In this document: piece after piece, positions 16,635 through 26,645 of the stretch
How the letters are laid out: the number at the start of each line of letters is the position of its first letter
Numbering within the stretch: the first letter of the stretch is position 1
Program-made: the position numbers and the translations under genes
From: Candidatus Hadarchaeales archaeon
Lineage (GTDB): Archaea; Hadarchaeota; Hadarchaeia; Hadarchaeales; Hadarchaeaceae
DNA length: 36,225 bases
Direction of reading: 5' to 3'
Assembly (NCBI GenBank): GCA_038851075.1
Contig: JAWCLG010000010.1
Location: 1 to 36,225 of the forward strand
Notes under the pieces: generated by a model
The model's input: only the letters and a program-made list of their open reading frames with translations
The model's database searches: none
What the model was told of the DNA's origin: nothing

Positions 16635-17852
16635 TCACCTGACTATCCCGTGTCCTATTAGCCTCCACCTGCCGGAGACCCTTCTGCTGATGGCCGCCCT
16701 GGCCCCGGTCTCAACGCACACGTGATGCTTCAGCTTGAGGACCGCCACATCCCTTCTTGCGCTGGCCACGGTCCCAACGGTTGTTGCTGTTCCCACGTTC
16801 ACGACCAGTGGCTCTCCTATCGCAAGGGGTTTTACCTCCTGCTCCTCCTCCATCCCAACGACTCTTTTCATAAGGTGAAATTCCATCTCCAGTGTTTCTC
16901 TGGTGCTCGGCAGCTTTCCGGGATGTCCCACAACCGACCCAACAAGCGAGTCTCCCTTTGTCATCGAAGGATCCAGAAGTGTTCCGATTCCAATCAACCC
17001 CCCGGGTACTGCTTCCTCGAGTTCTCCGTCCATGGTCCTTATGCTGACCACCTTCGTGAAAATCGGCTTCCACCACTGCCTCCCCTCCTGCGAAAACTTG
17101 AGCCCTGGCCTTATCTCGATCTCATCTCCGACCGAAATCTTACCTCTCACCAGGGACCCCCCAACCACGCCTCCTTTTAGCTCCTCCGGCCTCACGCCCG
17201 GGTGGTTTACGTCGAAAGAACGGGCCACATACATGAGCGGCGGGCTGTCGGGATCTCTCTTCGGGGTGGGGATGCGTTTTTCTATGGCTTCAATTAATTT
17301 GTCGATGTTTGCCCTGTGGATTGCCGAAACCGGGATTATGGGAGCATCACTGTATGGAGTACCTGAGAGGAAATCACGTATCTGCCTGTAGTTTTCGATG
17401 ACCTTATCTCTGGGAACAAGCTCTATCTTGTTCTGCACAACAACCATATTTTTTACTCCGATGATGTCCAGAGCCATGAGGTGCTCCTTCGTCTGTGGTT
17501 GCGGGCACTTTTCGTTGGCCGCAATGACCAGCATGGCTCCATCCATGAGCGCGGCTCCGGAGAGCATTGTTGCCATCAGCATCTCGTGACCGGGAGAGTC
17601 AACAAAAGAGACTCTGCGCCTGAACTCCGTTTTTTCGCCGCAGTACGGACACTTCTTCTTCGTGCTGTATCTTCCGCAGCTCTGACACTGCATGAAGGAC
17701 GTGTCAGCATATCCCAGCTTTATCGATATTCCTCTCCTTATCTCCTCGCTGTGAACATCGGTCCAGACCCCGGAGAGGGCCTCGGTGAGTGTGGTCTTGC
17801 CATGGTCCACGTGACCGACCAGACCGATATTCACGCTTGCCTGAGGCACCAC
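16635..17852 (-). CDS. eif2g: Translation initiation factor 2 gamma subunit
   Basis: [18 protein letters not shown], zinc knuckle, DSPGHE, QNKIE and RWRLIG. Confidence 0.98.
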   Translation of the reverse strand: MVPQASVNIGLVGHVDHGKTTLTEALSGVWTDVHSEEIRRGISIKLGYADTSFMQCQSCGRYSTKKKCPYCGEKTEFRRRVSFVDSPGHEMLMATMLSGAALMDGAMLVIAANEKCPQPQTKEHLMALDIIGVKNMVVVQNKIELVPRDKVIENYRQIRDFLSGTPYSDAPIIPVSAIHRANIDKLIEAIEKRIPTPKRDPDSPPLMYVARSFDVNHPGVRPEELKGGVVGGSLVRGKISVGDEIEIRPGLKFSQEGRQWWKPIFTKVVSIRTMDGELEEAVPGGLIGIGTLLDPSMTKGDSLVGSVVGHPGKLPSTRETLEMEFHLMKRVVGMEEEQEVKPLAIGEPLVVNVGTATTVGTVASARRDVAVLKLKHHVCVETGARAAISRRVSGRWRLIGHGIVR

Positions 17853-17905
17853 AACACCTGCAATATCTTCGCTCGAACAGTCTAAAAATTACCTGTTCCG
17901 GAGAA

Positions 17906-18307
17906 TCACTTTTCCTTTTCGCTCTGCTCCTTCTTACCAAGTATTTCATCAACCGGTTTTTCTCCGGTCTTGACTATCTTCGCGTTGATCTGAACAATCG
18001 CCTCGGAAATTCTGTTTCCGCGCACAAGTTTTCTTCTGCGCTCCCCCCTTCTCCTCGGTGAGAAACCGGTGCCTCCGGCAATGAGAACGCTGGCCCTTCC
18101 GGTACCGCCTATATCCTTTCTCATTGGGACCCCATCACGATCGGTTCCACCGGACACCTGGAGCTCATACCCAGAAAGACCCAGAAAATCGCCGGAGAAA
18201 TTGTCCCCTATCTTCAGCCCGATTAGCTTCCTGGACTCCGGCTCCCTTGCCTCGACCTGGTAACTTTTACCGGTTTTTGGATCTGATATCACGACCTTGA
18301 ACGGCAT
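17906..18307 (-). CDS. rps6e: 30S ribosomal protein S6e
   Basis: [23 protein letters not shown] and [11 protein letters not shown]. Confidence 0.97.
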   Translation of the reverse strand: MPFKVVISDPKTGKSYQVEAREPESRKLIGLKIGDNFSGDFLGLSGYELQVSGGTDRDGVPMRKDIGGTGRASVLIAGGTGFSPRRRGERRRKLVRGNRISEAIVQINAKIVKTGEKPVDEILGKKEQSEKEK

Positions 18308-18344
18308 GCGTTCACCCCAAAATCAACCTTACTAGCTCCAGACC

Positions 18345-18360
18345 TCATAAAAACCTTTTC
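18345..18360 (-). promoter_or_regulatory. BRE-TATA upstream of rps6e
   Basis: The minus strand reads GAAAAGG-TTTTTATG about 40 nt upstream of the start. Confidence 0.55.
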
Positions 18361-18386
18361 CGCAAGAGACCGGAGATCCAAACGGC

Positions 18387-20390
18387 TCAAAACAGGAGGA
18401 GCGGGGCGCATATCAGCGCCACCCATGACATCAGCTTTATCAGTATATTGATGGAAGGTCCGGCGGTGTCTTTAAACGGATCCCCGACTGTGTCCCCGGT
18501 CACCGCGGCTGCGTGCGTGCTGGAACCCTTTCCTCCAAAGTTGCCGAGCTCGACGTACTTCTTCGCGTTATCCCAGACAGCGCCAGCGTTTGCCATCAGG
18601 AGGGCAAAAACCAGCCCCACTCCGACGCTGCCTGCAAGGAATCCACCAAGCGCAGCTTTTCCGAGCAAGAACCCGACTGCCACAGGTATCAGAAGCGCCA
18701 GAATACTTGGGATCACGAGTTCCCTGAGCGCGCCTTTTGTGGCTATGTCCACGCATCGTGCATAATCCGGCCTCGCCTTTCCCTGCATGAGCCCCCTGAT
18801 TTCCCTGAACTGCCTGCGGACCTCCTCAACCATCCTGAAAGAATTCCTGCCAACTGACAGAATCGTCATCGCACAGAAGAGAGAAACGGTGGCTCCCCCT
18901 AGAAACAGGCCTGCAAGAACGCTCGGGGACATCAGGTCGAGCTGCGGCAGGCCGGCGAAGCTGCCTGAGGTATAGGTTGCAAAGAGCGCTATGGCTGTGA
19001 GGGCGGCGGAACCTATGGCGAATCCCTTGCATATGGCCTTGGTTGTGTTTCCGACCGAGTCGAGCGTGTCGGTGACGTTCCTGACCTTCTCAGGCATCTT
19101 TGACTGCTCCACGATCCCGCCAGCGTTGTCAGCTATTGGCCCGTAGGCATCCGAGGAAACTATCATTCCCGTGACAGAGAGCATGCCTACCCCAGCGAGA
19201 CATATTCCGTACAGCCCGGCCGCCCCTCCTCCCAGCGCGGAGTATGAGACCACTACCGACACCGATATCGCAACTATCGGAAGCACAACGCTTATCAACC
19301 CGACCGAAAATCCGTTGAGGAGCCCGATTGCTGCGCCAGACTGATCGGACCGCGCCACAAATTTTGCAGGCCCGTACATCCTGTTAGTGAAGTAGTCCGA
19401 TGTAAGACCAACAACAAGACCTGAGATCAGGCCGGACAGCACGGCAACGAACAGACTGACCCCCTTCTCGGAGCCAAACGTGTAAAATGCCATTGCAGCC
19501 GAGCCGGCGGCTGTGATAACTATTGCGGCTATGCTCGCGTTGTTGAGAGCGCGACTTGGGTCCTTACCTTCTCTGACCCTGACGAAGAGGACCGCGATCA
19601 TTGAAGAAAATATGCCGATCATTGAAATCCAGAGCGGAAAAGTGATCGCGGACGCCCCATATGTCGCCTGAACCGTGACACCGACTATCATGGTCGCAAT
19701 TATGCTAGCCACGTACGACTCGAAGAGGTCAGCCCCCATTCCAGCCACGTCCCCGACGTTGTCGCCAACGTTGTCCGCTATCACGGCCGGATTTCTCGGA
19801 TCGTCCTCAGGAATCCCGGCCTCAACCTTGCCAACCAAGTCCGCGCCGACATCTGCAGTCTTTGTGTATATTCCTCCGCCGACCCTTGCGAAAAGCGCTA
19901 CGAAGCTGGCACCGAAACCGTAGGGCATTATGAATGTTGGGTCCCCGAAAATGACGTGGAACAGAAAAACTCCGACTATGCCTATGCCCACGACGGACAT
20001 TCCCATAACCAATCCGCCGCGAAATGCAACGCTGAGGGCTCTGTTTATCCCCTTAACTGCGGCGTTGGCTGTGCGGGAGTTGGCCCTCACAGCAATGCTC
20101 ATGCCGATAAAACCGGCCAACGTGGAACAGGCCGCACCCAACAGGAAGGAAAGTGACGCTCGCCATCCCCAGGAAGGGATTAGTAAAAGCACCGCGGCCA
20201 CAACAATGGCAAAGATCCATATCGAAACGTACTGCCTTTTTAGGTAAGCGCCCGCACCCTCGCGAATCGCCCTTGCTATCTCTTTTATGCGTGGGGATCC
20301 CTCATCCTGCTTGAGAACAAGATGTGCGGATATGCCGGCCACAATAAGCGCAGCGGCGCCCGCGACCGGGACGAACATGTTGATGTCCAT
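18387..20390 (-). CDS. hppA: Membrane ion-translocating pyrophosphatase, predicted K+-independent
   Basis: [47 protein letters not shown] and [11 protein letters not shown]. Confidence 0.97.
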   Translation of the reverse strand: MDINMFVPVAGAAALIVAGISAHLVLKQDEGSPRIKEIARAIREGAGAYLKRQYVSIWIFAIVVAAVLLLIPSWGWRASLSFLLGAACSTLAGFIGMSIAVRANSRTANAAVKGINRALSVAFRGGLVMGMSVVGIGIVGVFLFHVIFGDPTFIMPYGFGASFVALFARVGGGIYTKTADVGADLVGKVEAGIPEDDPRNPAVIADNVGDNVGDVAGMGADLFESYVASIIATMIVGVTVQATYGASAITFPLWISMIGIFSSMIAVLFVRVREGKDPSRALNNASIAAIVITAAGSAAMAFYTFGSEKGVSLFVAVLSGLISGLVVGLTSDYFTNRMYGPAKFVARSDQSGAAIGLLNGFSVGLISVVLPIVAISVSVVVSYSALGGGAAGLYGICLAGVGMLSVTGMIVSSDAYGPIADNAGGIVEQSKMPEKVRNVTDTLDSVGNTTKAICKGFAIGSAALTAIALFATYTSGSFAGLPQLDLMSPSVLAGLFLGGATVSLFCAMTILSVGRNSFRMVEEVRRQFREIRGLMQGKARPDYARCVDIATKGALRELVIPSILALLIPVAVGFLLGKAALGGFLAGSVGVGLVFALLMANAGAVWDNAKKYVELGNFGGKGSSTHAAAVTGDTVGDPFKDTAGPSINILIKLMSWVALICAPLLLF

Positions 20391-20490
20391 TTTATCACCA
20401 TCTAACGTAACAGCAGATCTCTTATTTTAGCATCCTCACCTCAAAATCATCTCACCTCGACCACAGCAGTATAAAAATATTTGGTATGTA

Positions 20491-22299
20491 CTACATGACC
20501 CCGTATGTGGAGTCCTGACGCTGCTTGATTGAAATTATCTCGTCGAGGACAGAAAGCTCATCCCCGCTTAAAAGGTCCTTGAGATCCCGCTTCATGACCA
20601 GCACGTGATCTCTGGGGATATCGGTGTAGAGCACATCCCCCTCACTAAAGTGCCTGCCCACAAGAGGTCCGTCAATAGACACCGCAAGCTCATCTCCCAT
20701 CCTTGCCTCCTTAACAGACTTTTTATCTTTCTGGATTTCCCTGACAGTTCCAATCTGTTTTCCATCTGGGCGCATCAAAGGCGACTTTGGTTTCAGCACC
20801 CCTCCCAGCACATCCACACCGACTATTGCCGGATCGCTGCGCCTGAAAACGCAGCCCGGTTTCACCGCTATCTTCGCGGGTCTCACATAAGAAGCCAGCT
20901 CCATTTCCCTGAGTTCCTCACGCTTTACTTTTGACCACTCATCATATTTTTCAAGAAGTCGATATATCACCTGGTCTATCAGTATCGCAACTCCTTGACG
21001 CTGAGCCTCAGCTTCGACCTCGGGGAGCACATCAACGTTGAAGCCGAGAACAACCGCGAGAAGCGGGTTGCTCTTCGCCACCGCGGATGCCTCTATGACG
21101 TCCCGCCTGGACACATCGCCCACATCAGCAAGCTTTATCGGTACGTTCTTTGACTTAAGCTGGAGCTCAAGGGCCTCCAGCGAACCGAGCGCATCGGCCT
21201 TCACAACCACGCCGTCGGACTCGGATAAGATTCTGATGCGCTCCAGCTCCTGACGCATGGTCTCCCACACAGCCGATGCCTCTGACTGGTCACGTATTGT
21301 CTGAAACGGAGCCCCTGCCACCACCGCATCTATATCTGGTGCGGCCACCTTAACCCCCGCCGCGGCATAAACCCTGTCCACCTGGGTGAACCTGTCCTCT
21401 GGATCCCTTATCTCGTCCATTGGTTTTGGTCTCAATATCGCGCGAACTTTTGAGACTATCAGCTTATTCATGCCTCCCACCGCGAATGTGTCTCCCCGGG
21501 AAAGAGCGCCATCATATATTATGAGATCCAAAGTTTTTCCAAGGCCCACCTCCTCCCTAACCTCAAGAACGGTTCCCCTTGCCGGTCCGGTCACTTCGGT
21601 CTCGAGCTCCTTTTCAAGAAAACGTTGCGCCAGTCCGGCGAGTATGACGAGCACCTCAGGAATGCCTTCTCCGGTCTTTGCACTGACCGGCACGATGCAG
21701 ACCTGTTTTCTAAAATCTGTGACCCTGTCAAATCTCTCCGATTCAAACCCTAGCCCATGCAGCTTTCCAACAAGTTCATAGATGAGAGAGTCGAGGGCAT
21801 TTCCCACCTCCTGGCGCTGGGATGATAAAGAATCTAGAAAACATGACCCCGGTCTGGAATCCCACCCCTGAACAAGATCTATTTTGTTTGCCGCCACCAT
21901 GAAAGGAGTTCTGTATGTCTTCAGTATTTCCACGGACTCAAGGGTCTGGGGCATGAACCCCTCCCGTACGTCTATGACAAGCACCGCGAGGTCTGCAAGT
22001 GCTCCACCCCTTCTCCGAAGATTTGTGAAGGCCTCGTGCCCGGGAGTGTCTATAAACATGAGCCCCGGTATCTTAACGTCTATCATGAACCTCTTGAGAA
22101 GCCCCCCGCATATTTTTTTTATTGCTTCAGCCGGAACCTCGGATGCCCCGATGTGCTGGGTGATACCCCCCGCCTCCCGGGAAGCGACCGCGGTGCCCCT
22201 GATCGCGTCGAGCAGTAGAGTTTTTCCGTGATCCACATGCCCGAGGATAGAAACTATGGGCTGCCTTATTCTGCCCCCAGCTTTCATATTCCACACCAT
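20491..22299 (-). CDS. infB: Translation initiation factor aIF5B (IF-2)
   Basis: [33 protein letters not shown] and NKID. No intein seen. Confidence 0.98.
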   Translation of the reverse strand: MVWNMKAGGRIRQPIVSILGHVDHGKTLLLDAIRGTAVASREAGGITQHIGASEVPAEAIKKICGGLLKRFMIDVKIPGLMFIDTPGHEAFTNLRRRGGALADLAVLVIDVREGFMPQTLESVEILKTYRTPFMVAANKIDLVQGWDSRPGSCFLDSLSSQRQEVGNALDSLIYELVGKLHGLGFESERFDRVTDFRKQVCIVPVSAKTGEGIPEVLVILAGLAQRFLEKELETEVTGPARGTVLEVREEVGLGKTLDLIIYDGALSRGDTFAVGGMNKLIVSKVRAILRPKPMDEIRDPEDRFTQVDRVYAAAGVKVAAPDIDAVVAGAPFQTIRDQSEASAVWETMRQELERIRILSESDGVVVKADALGSLEALELQLKSKNVPIKLADVGDVSRRDVIEASAVAKSNPLLAVVLGFNVDVLPEVEAEAQRQGVAILIDQVIYRLLEKYDEWSKVKREELREMELASYVRPAKIAVKPGCVFRRSDPAIVGVDVLGGVLKPKSPLMRPDGKQIGTVREIQKDKKSVKEARMGDELAVSIDGPLVGRHFSEGDVLYTDIPRDHVLVMKRDLKDLLSGDELSVLDEIISIKQRQDSTYGVM

Positions 22300-22377
22300 C
22301 CAACTGTTTTAAGATAATCACAGCGGACCTAAAAAACAGGAGCATTTTACAAAAATACTGAAATAAAAACTGGGGGA

Positions 22378-22554
22378 CTAGCCCTCCTCTTCCTCATCTG
22401 ATTCCCACTTTTCTTCGCAGTCCGGGCACACACCGAACTCATTCATGCTGTCCTCATTCGATGCGCATTCCTCACAGTAAACCCTGCCGCACTCCCTGCA
22501 CTTCACCTTATTCTCTTCCTCCACATCCCTGCCGCACTCAGAACACATCGTCAT
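22378..22554 (-). CDS. Small acidic Cys-rich protein (four CxxC)
   Basis: CSEC, CREC, CEEC and CPDC; acidic tail; purine-rich SD before ATG 22554. Confidence 0.7.
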   Translation of the reverse strand: MTMCSECGRDVEEENKVKCRECGRVYCEECASNEDSMNEFGVCPDCEEKWESDEEEEG

Positions 22555-22604
22555 TGTTTCTCCCCTCTCTGACAAAAATCATCATCATGAACCGGTATAA
22601 AAAA

Positions 22605-23006
22605 CTAATCAAAAAATATTTTTATCTCTCTTTCCGCGCTTTCCTCTGAATCGGACGCGTGCACCGCGTTCCGCGTGGTGTCTGTTCCAAAGTCCCCCCT
22701 TATGGTCCCCTTCGGGGCCAGCTTTGGGTTGGTTGGGCCAATCATCTCGCGCATTCTTGATATTGCCCTGCAACCTTCAACCTTCATGACCACAATATCC
22801 CCGGACGTCATGAACTCAACGAGGGGACCGAAAAAATCCTTGCCAGCATGGGGCTCGTAAAGCCTCTCCGCGAGCTCGCGCGTCAGCCTGATCCTACGCG
22901 AAGCCTCTATTCTCAGGCCAGAGCTAGTTATCCTTCTTTTGATCTCTTCAACAAGGCCCATTCTAACGCCGTCTGGTTTTACTACCACAAGGGTTCTCTC
23001 AGTCAC
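22605..23006 (-). CDS. ndk: Nucleoside diphosphate kinase
   Basis: ERTLVVVKPDGV, GTIRGDFG and RNAVHASDS. Confidence 0.98.
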   Translation of the reverse strand: MTERTLVVVKPDGVRMGLVEEIKRRITSSGLRIEASRRIRLTRELAERLYEPHAGKDFFGPLVEFMTSGDIVVMKVEGCRAISRMREMIGPTNPKLAPKGTIRGDFGTDTTRNAVHASDSEESAEREIKIFFD

Positions 23007-23194
23007 TCCTTACCCCTCATCTTAAGGTAACGCTCGGTCCATCTTATTTTGTGCGGCTTTCTTCCAAGCTTCATGTTCCTCTCGCACTTTGAAGAACAGA
23101 AATAGTTTATCGTCCCATCCTTCCGAACGAACATAAGGCCGCTTCCAGGTTCAATTCTTCCCCCGCAGAAAGAACACTTTCGGGCAACAGGCAT
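23003..23194 (-). CDS. rpl24e: 50S ribosomal protein L24e
   Basis: CSFCG..IEPGSG, FCSSKC and WT. Confidence 0.98.
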   Translation of the reverse strand: MPVARKCSFCGGRIEPGSGLMFVRKDGTINYFCSSKCERNMKLGRKPHKIRWTERYLKMRGKE

Positions 23195-23410
23195 CTAAGG
23201 CACCCTTATCTCTCTGGCTTCCCTCTCGGTCTCCCGGAGCATCAGTATGTCACCGACTCTCACCGGCCCCTTAACATTTCTTGTTATTATTCTCCCCTTA
23301 TCTCTGCCTTCCATGACCCTGCATTTTACCTGCAGTATCTCCCCGGTGACCCCGGTGCGCGCTCTTATCTCTATAACCTCTGCAGGATAACTTATTTCCT
23401 CGCCAGGCAT
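23195..23410 (-). CDS. rps28e: 30S ribosomal protein S28e
   Basis: RTGVTGE..QVKCR and [23 protein letters not shown]. Confidence 0.98.
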   Translation of the reverse strand: MPGEEISYPAEVIEIRARTGVTGEILQVKCRVMEGRDKGRIITRNVKGPVRVGDILMLRETEREAREIRVP

Positions 23411-23415
23411 CGGGC

Positions 23416-23787
23416 TCACTTCTTGAGCTCTTTAACCCGTTCCACTATCTCCTTCACTGCCGCATCGGCCCCTCCGGCTGCCGATATTGCAATTGCCGAA
23501 CAGCCGACCTCGACACCGGCAGCTGCCCCGAGCTCCTTCTTGCTCGGGACATAGACGTACGGAATTCCCTTCTCATCGCATAGCGGCGGAAGATGGGCCA
23601 CTATCTCCATTGGCTCCACATCCTCTGCTATCACGACCAGCACCGCCTGCTTTCTCTCTATTGCCTTTGTGGCCTCGTTTGTCCCCTTTCTGATTTTTCC
23701 TGTCTCTCTGGCCTGCTCAACCGCCTCGTACGCCTTCTCGGCAAGATCCTTCGGGACCTCAAACCTGACGTATGCTGATTTTGGCAC
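23416..23787 (-). CDS. rpl7ae: 50S ribosomal protein L7Ae
   Basis: [30 protein letters not shown] and LGAAAG. Confidence 0.98.
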   Translation of the reverse strand: MPKSAYVRFEVPKDLAEKAYEAVEQARETGKIRKGTNEATKAIERKQAVLVVIAEDVEPMEIVAHLPPLCDEKGIPYVYVPSKKELGAAAGVEVGCSAIAISAAGGADAAVKEIVERVKELKK

Positions 23788-23790
23788 AAC

Positions 23791-23839
23791 ATCCCTCCTT
23801 CGGTTTTTTTACCTCATCATTCATCCGGACTTGCTCCGG
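23791..23839 (-). promoter_or_regulatory. Candidate kink-turn leader of rpl7ae (autoregulation)
   Basis: The minus strand reads CCGGAGCAAGTCCGG-ATGAATGATGA-GG-TAAAAAAA-CC-GA-AGGAGG. A box C-like ATGATGA and tandem GA pairs abut the SD. Confidence 0.55.
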
Positions 23840-23899
23840 TGTTCAACTAGAACCCACCCCCCTAAAAAGGGTTGCGCAAGAGTTCCAATTATTTAAAAT

Positions 23900-25588
23900 T
23901 CACCTGTGGGCGTACACCGCCCTGAGAACCGGGCCTTGCCTGTCTATCCGCACAAAACCGTACCTTTCAAACTGAACCACATCCCCATGCTGAAGCCCGG
24001 CAACCGCAGGCTCCGCCATCCCGCGATCGATTCTTCCGTTCGGCATCAGCACCTCGGTCATGACCGCACCTCTTGAAACCCACTGCATCTTGGGAACGTC
24101 GAGCAGCTCAAAACCTTCAAACTTTCCACCAGTCTCAGGCGCCATCTCAGTTATTCTGACATTCATGAGATCCTTAAGCCTGAACAGATCCCCCTCCCTC
24201 ATTTTCGAAATGTCTGCGGATGGGACCCAGAAAAGCGCAGAGTCCCCATCCCTCTCTATCGGCACTATCCTCTCACCGGACTCAGTCCTGTCCGGGTGCA
24301 GTCTTATTCTGACCTCATCCAACGCCGGGACACCTGATACCCTGAGTCTGACCGGAGATGGAACAAAAAAGTACCTGTTTGCAATGCTGTCCAGAACCTT
24401 TCTGTTGTAGGAGTAGAGGGTCTCCCAGCTCAGCGTGGAGTCAACAAGAGTCAGGCCGATGTCCATTATCAGGGCCTTTATGGAGTCCGGCATGAAGCCC
24501 CTCCTCCTCAGGGCGGCTACTGTTGCGAGCCTCACATCGTCGGGGCCCGTGAGTTCCCCCCTGCGTATTGCCGCCATTGTCTGGGTCTTGCTGAGCTCTG
24601 TCCCTGGTATGGAAAGCCTCCCGTGCTGAACTGCCGTTGGGTACTCCCAGCCCATATGGGTGTAGAGAGACCTCTGACGCTCCTCATTCACCTCATGCTC
24701 CTTACCCCGGAGTATGTGGGTTATCCCCATCTCGTGATCATCTATAGCGGCCGAGAAGTTGTAAAGAGGCCATACATGATATCTGGATCCGACTCTTGGA
24801 TGGGGCCTATCCACGGGTCGAAGAGCGGGCCAGTCTCTGACCGCGGGATTCGGGTGGGAGATATCTGTCTTGATTCTGACAACGGCACTTCCTTTTGACA
24901 TCCCGCCTGAAAGCATTCTCTCCCACCTGGACAGATGCTCATCAGGCCCGAGTTCCCGGCACGGGCACGGCTCCATCCTGTCCCTGAGCGAACGAAACAG
25001 CTCGACCTCACATGTGCAGACATAGGCCTTTCCTCCCTTCAGAAGTTCCTCCGCATAACCGTAGTAAAGCTCGATCCGGTCTGACTGTATGTACTCTTCG
25101 TCCCACGTTATTCCTATCCACTTGAGATCTGCCTTTATTCTGTCGTACATCTCCAGGAGCGTGTTCTCAGGATTCGTGTCCTCGAATCTGAGTATGAACT
25201 TACCGCCGTGCTTCCTGGCGTAAAAGTGGCTCAAAAGCGCGGTCCTGACGTGCCCCAGATGAAGAGGTCCGTTTGGATTCGGTGCAAATCTGGTCACCAC
25301 CCTCCCCCATTTTTCCACATCTGGCAGGTCGGGCTCTGCCCTGCTCACGTGCTCCCTCATCCTCGGCTTTCCTATTATTTCTAGGCGGAGCCTCTGCTCC
25401 TCGGCGCTCCACGAATTCACCTCTGAGACAACATCCTCAAGCATCCTGGAAACCTCATGTATATCTGATTTGAGGCTCGGATATTCAGCGATCAGTTTGC
25501 CAAGAACAGCCTTGCTGCTGGCCCTGCCCCCGTGCTCCATTGCATTAACTAGCGCCCACCGCGTTGCCTCTTTTCTAAGGTCTTCCAT
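23900..25588 (-). CDS. gltX: Glutamate--tRNA ligase (archaeal)
   Basis: RFAPNPNGPLHLGH, LRFEDT, THILRGKEH, LSKT and QFERYGF. Confidence 0.97.
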   Translation of the reverse strand: MEDLRKEATRWALVNAMEHGGRASSKAVLGKLIAEYPSLKSDIHEVSRMLEDVVSEVNSWSAEEQRLRLEIIGKPRMREHVSRAEPDLPDVEKWGRVVTRFAPNPNGPLHLGHVRTALLSHFYARKHGGKFILRFEDTNPENTLLEMYDRIKADLKWIGITWDEEYIQSDRIELYYGYAEELLKGGKAYVCTCEVELFRSLRDRMEPCPCRELGPDEHLSRWERMLSGGMSKGSAVVRIKTDISHPNPAVRDWPALRPVDRPHPRVGSRYHVWPLYNFSAAIDDHEMGITHILRGKEHEVNEERQRSLYTHMGWEYPTAVQHGRLSIPGTELSKTQTMAAIRRGELTGPDDVRLATVAALRRRGFMPDSIKALIMDIGLTLVDSTLSWETLYSYNRKVLDSIANRYFFVPSPVRLRVSGVPALDEVRIRLHPDRTESGERIVPIERDGDSALFWVPSADISKMREGDLFRLKDLMNVRITEMAPETGGKFEGFELLDVPKMQWVSRGAVMTEVLMPNGRIDRGMAEPAVAGLQHGDVVQFERYGFVRIDRQGPVLRAVYAHR

Positions 25589-25643
25589 AACCGTACCCCT
25601 TTTTAACTGAACATGGAGCGTGAAAATACTAACCTGTTGCGGT

Positions 25644-26645
25644 CTAGAAATCTCTCCTTATCACAAAGTCCGCGAGGTGCAACAGGAATTCTCTGGCCTC
25701 GGTGTCTGGCAGAGTATCGAGTTCCTTCTTCGCCGAGGCCACAATTTTTTTTGCTGTATCAAAGGCGTAATCGACAGCTCCAGAGTCCCTGATCAGACGC
25801 ATGGTCCGCAATATCTCCTCCCTAGACGCATTTTTGTTTCCGAGCACCCGCAGAATTTCTTTTTTTTCATCTGAAACCGACAGCGCCCTTATAACCAACA
25901 GGGTCATCTTTCCCTCCTGGATGTCGCTTCCTATTGGCTTTCCAAACTTCTCCTCCTTTCCAATAATTCCGAGCACGTCATCCTGAATCTGAAAGGCGAT
26001 TCCTATCTGTCTGCCGTAAGATGAGAGAGAATCCACCTGATTTCTGCTTCCTCCTCCCAGAATGGCACCGACCCTTGCAGACGCCTCGGTGAGCGCCCCG
26101 GTCTTCTTGCTTACCATTTCCATGTACTCCTTTTCGACCACGTCCTTGCGGCCCTCAAAGAGCATATCCATTGCCTGTCCCCTACACACCTCGAAGCTCG
26201 CCCTGCTGAATGCAGACAGCAATTCAACCGTGCGGGCGCCGTCAAGCCCGAGCCTTCTCGCGTTCTCTGCAGCTGCCTCAAAAACTCTTGCAAAAAGCGC
26301 ATCACCTGCTATTATTGCCATTGGCTCGCCCCAGATTGTATGAACGGTCTTCACGTTACGTCTCAGCTCATCCCTGTCCATTATATCGTCGTGGATGAGC
26401 GTGAAGTTGTGCAGCATCTCTATGGCCGCTGCAGACTCTAAGGCGTCTCCCGGCTTCCCGCCAACCGCCTCACAGGCTGCGAGAACAAGGCACGGACGCA
26501 GTCTTTTCCCACCTGCCTCTATCAGGTGCCTCGCTGCTCTTGCCAACGTATCCGGCTTCATGTTTTTCGGGATCCATCTGTCAATCTCTCTTTCAACCAT
26601 GTGCAACCTTTTTCTGACGTAACTGTGAATGTTCAAGCCTATCAC
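25644..26645 (-). CDS. idsA: Geranylgeranyl diphosphate synthase (short-chain polyprenyl synthase)
   Basis: GGKRLRP, FTLIHDDIMD..RR (Phe five residues before the first Asp-rich motif), GQAMD, KKTG and FQIQDD. Confidence 0.92.
   Translation of the reverse strand: MIGLNIHSYVRKRLHMVEREIDRWIPKNMKPDTLARAARHLIEAGGKRLRPCLVLAACEAVGGKPGDALESAAAIEMLHNFTLIHDDIMDRDELRRNVKTVHTIWGEPMAIIAGDALFARVFEAAAENARRLGLDGARTVELLSAFSRASFEVCRGQAMDMLFEGRKDVVEKEYMEMVSKKTGALTEASARVGAILGGGSRNQVDSLSSYGRQIGIAFQIQDDVLGIIGKEEKFGKPIGSDIQEGKMTLLVIRALSVSDEKKEILRVLGNKNASREEILRTMRLIRDSGAVDYAFDTAKKIVASAKKELDTLPDTEAREFLLHLADFVIRRDF

Noticed and set aside
20491-22299. Intein in aIF5B
   Set aside because: The length (~600 aa) and contiguous G-domain motifs leave no insertion.
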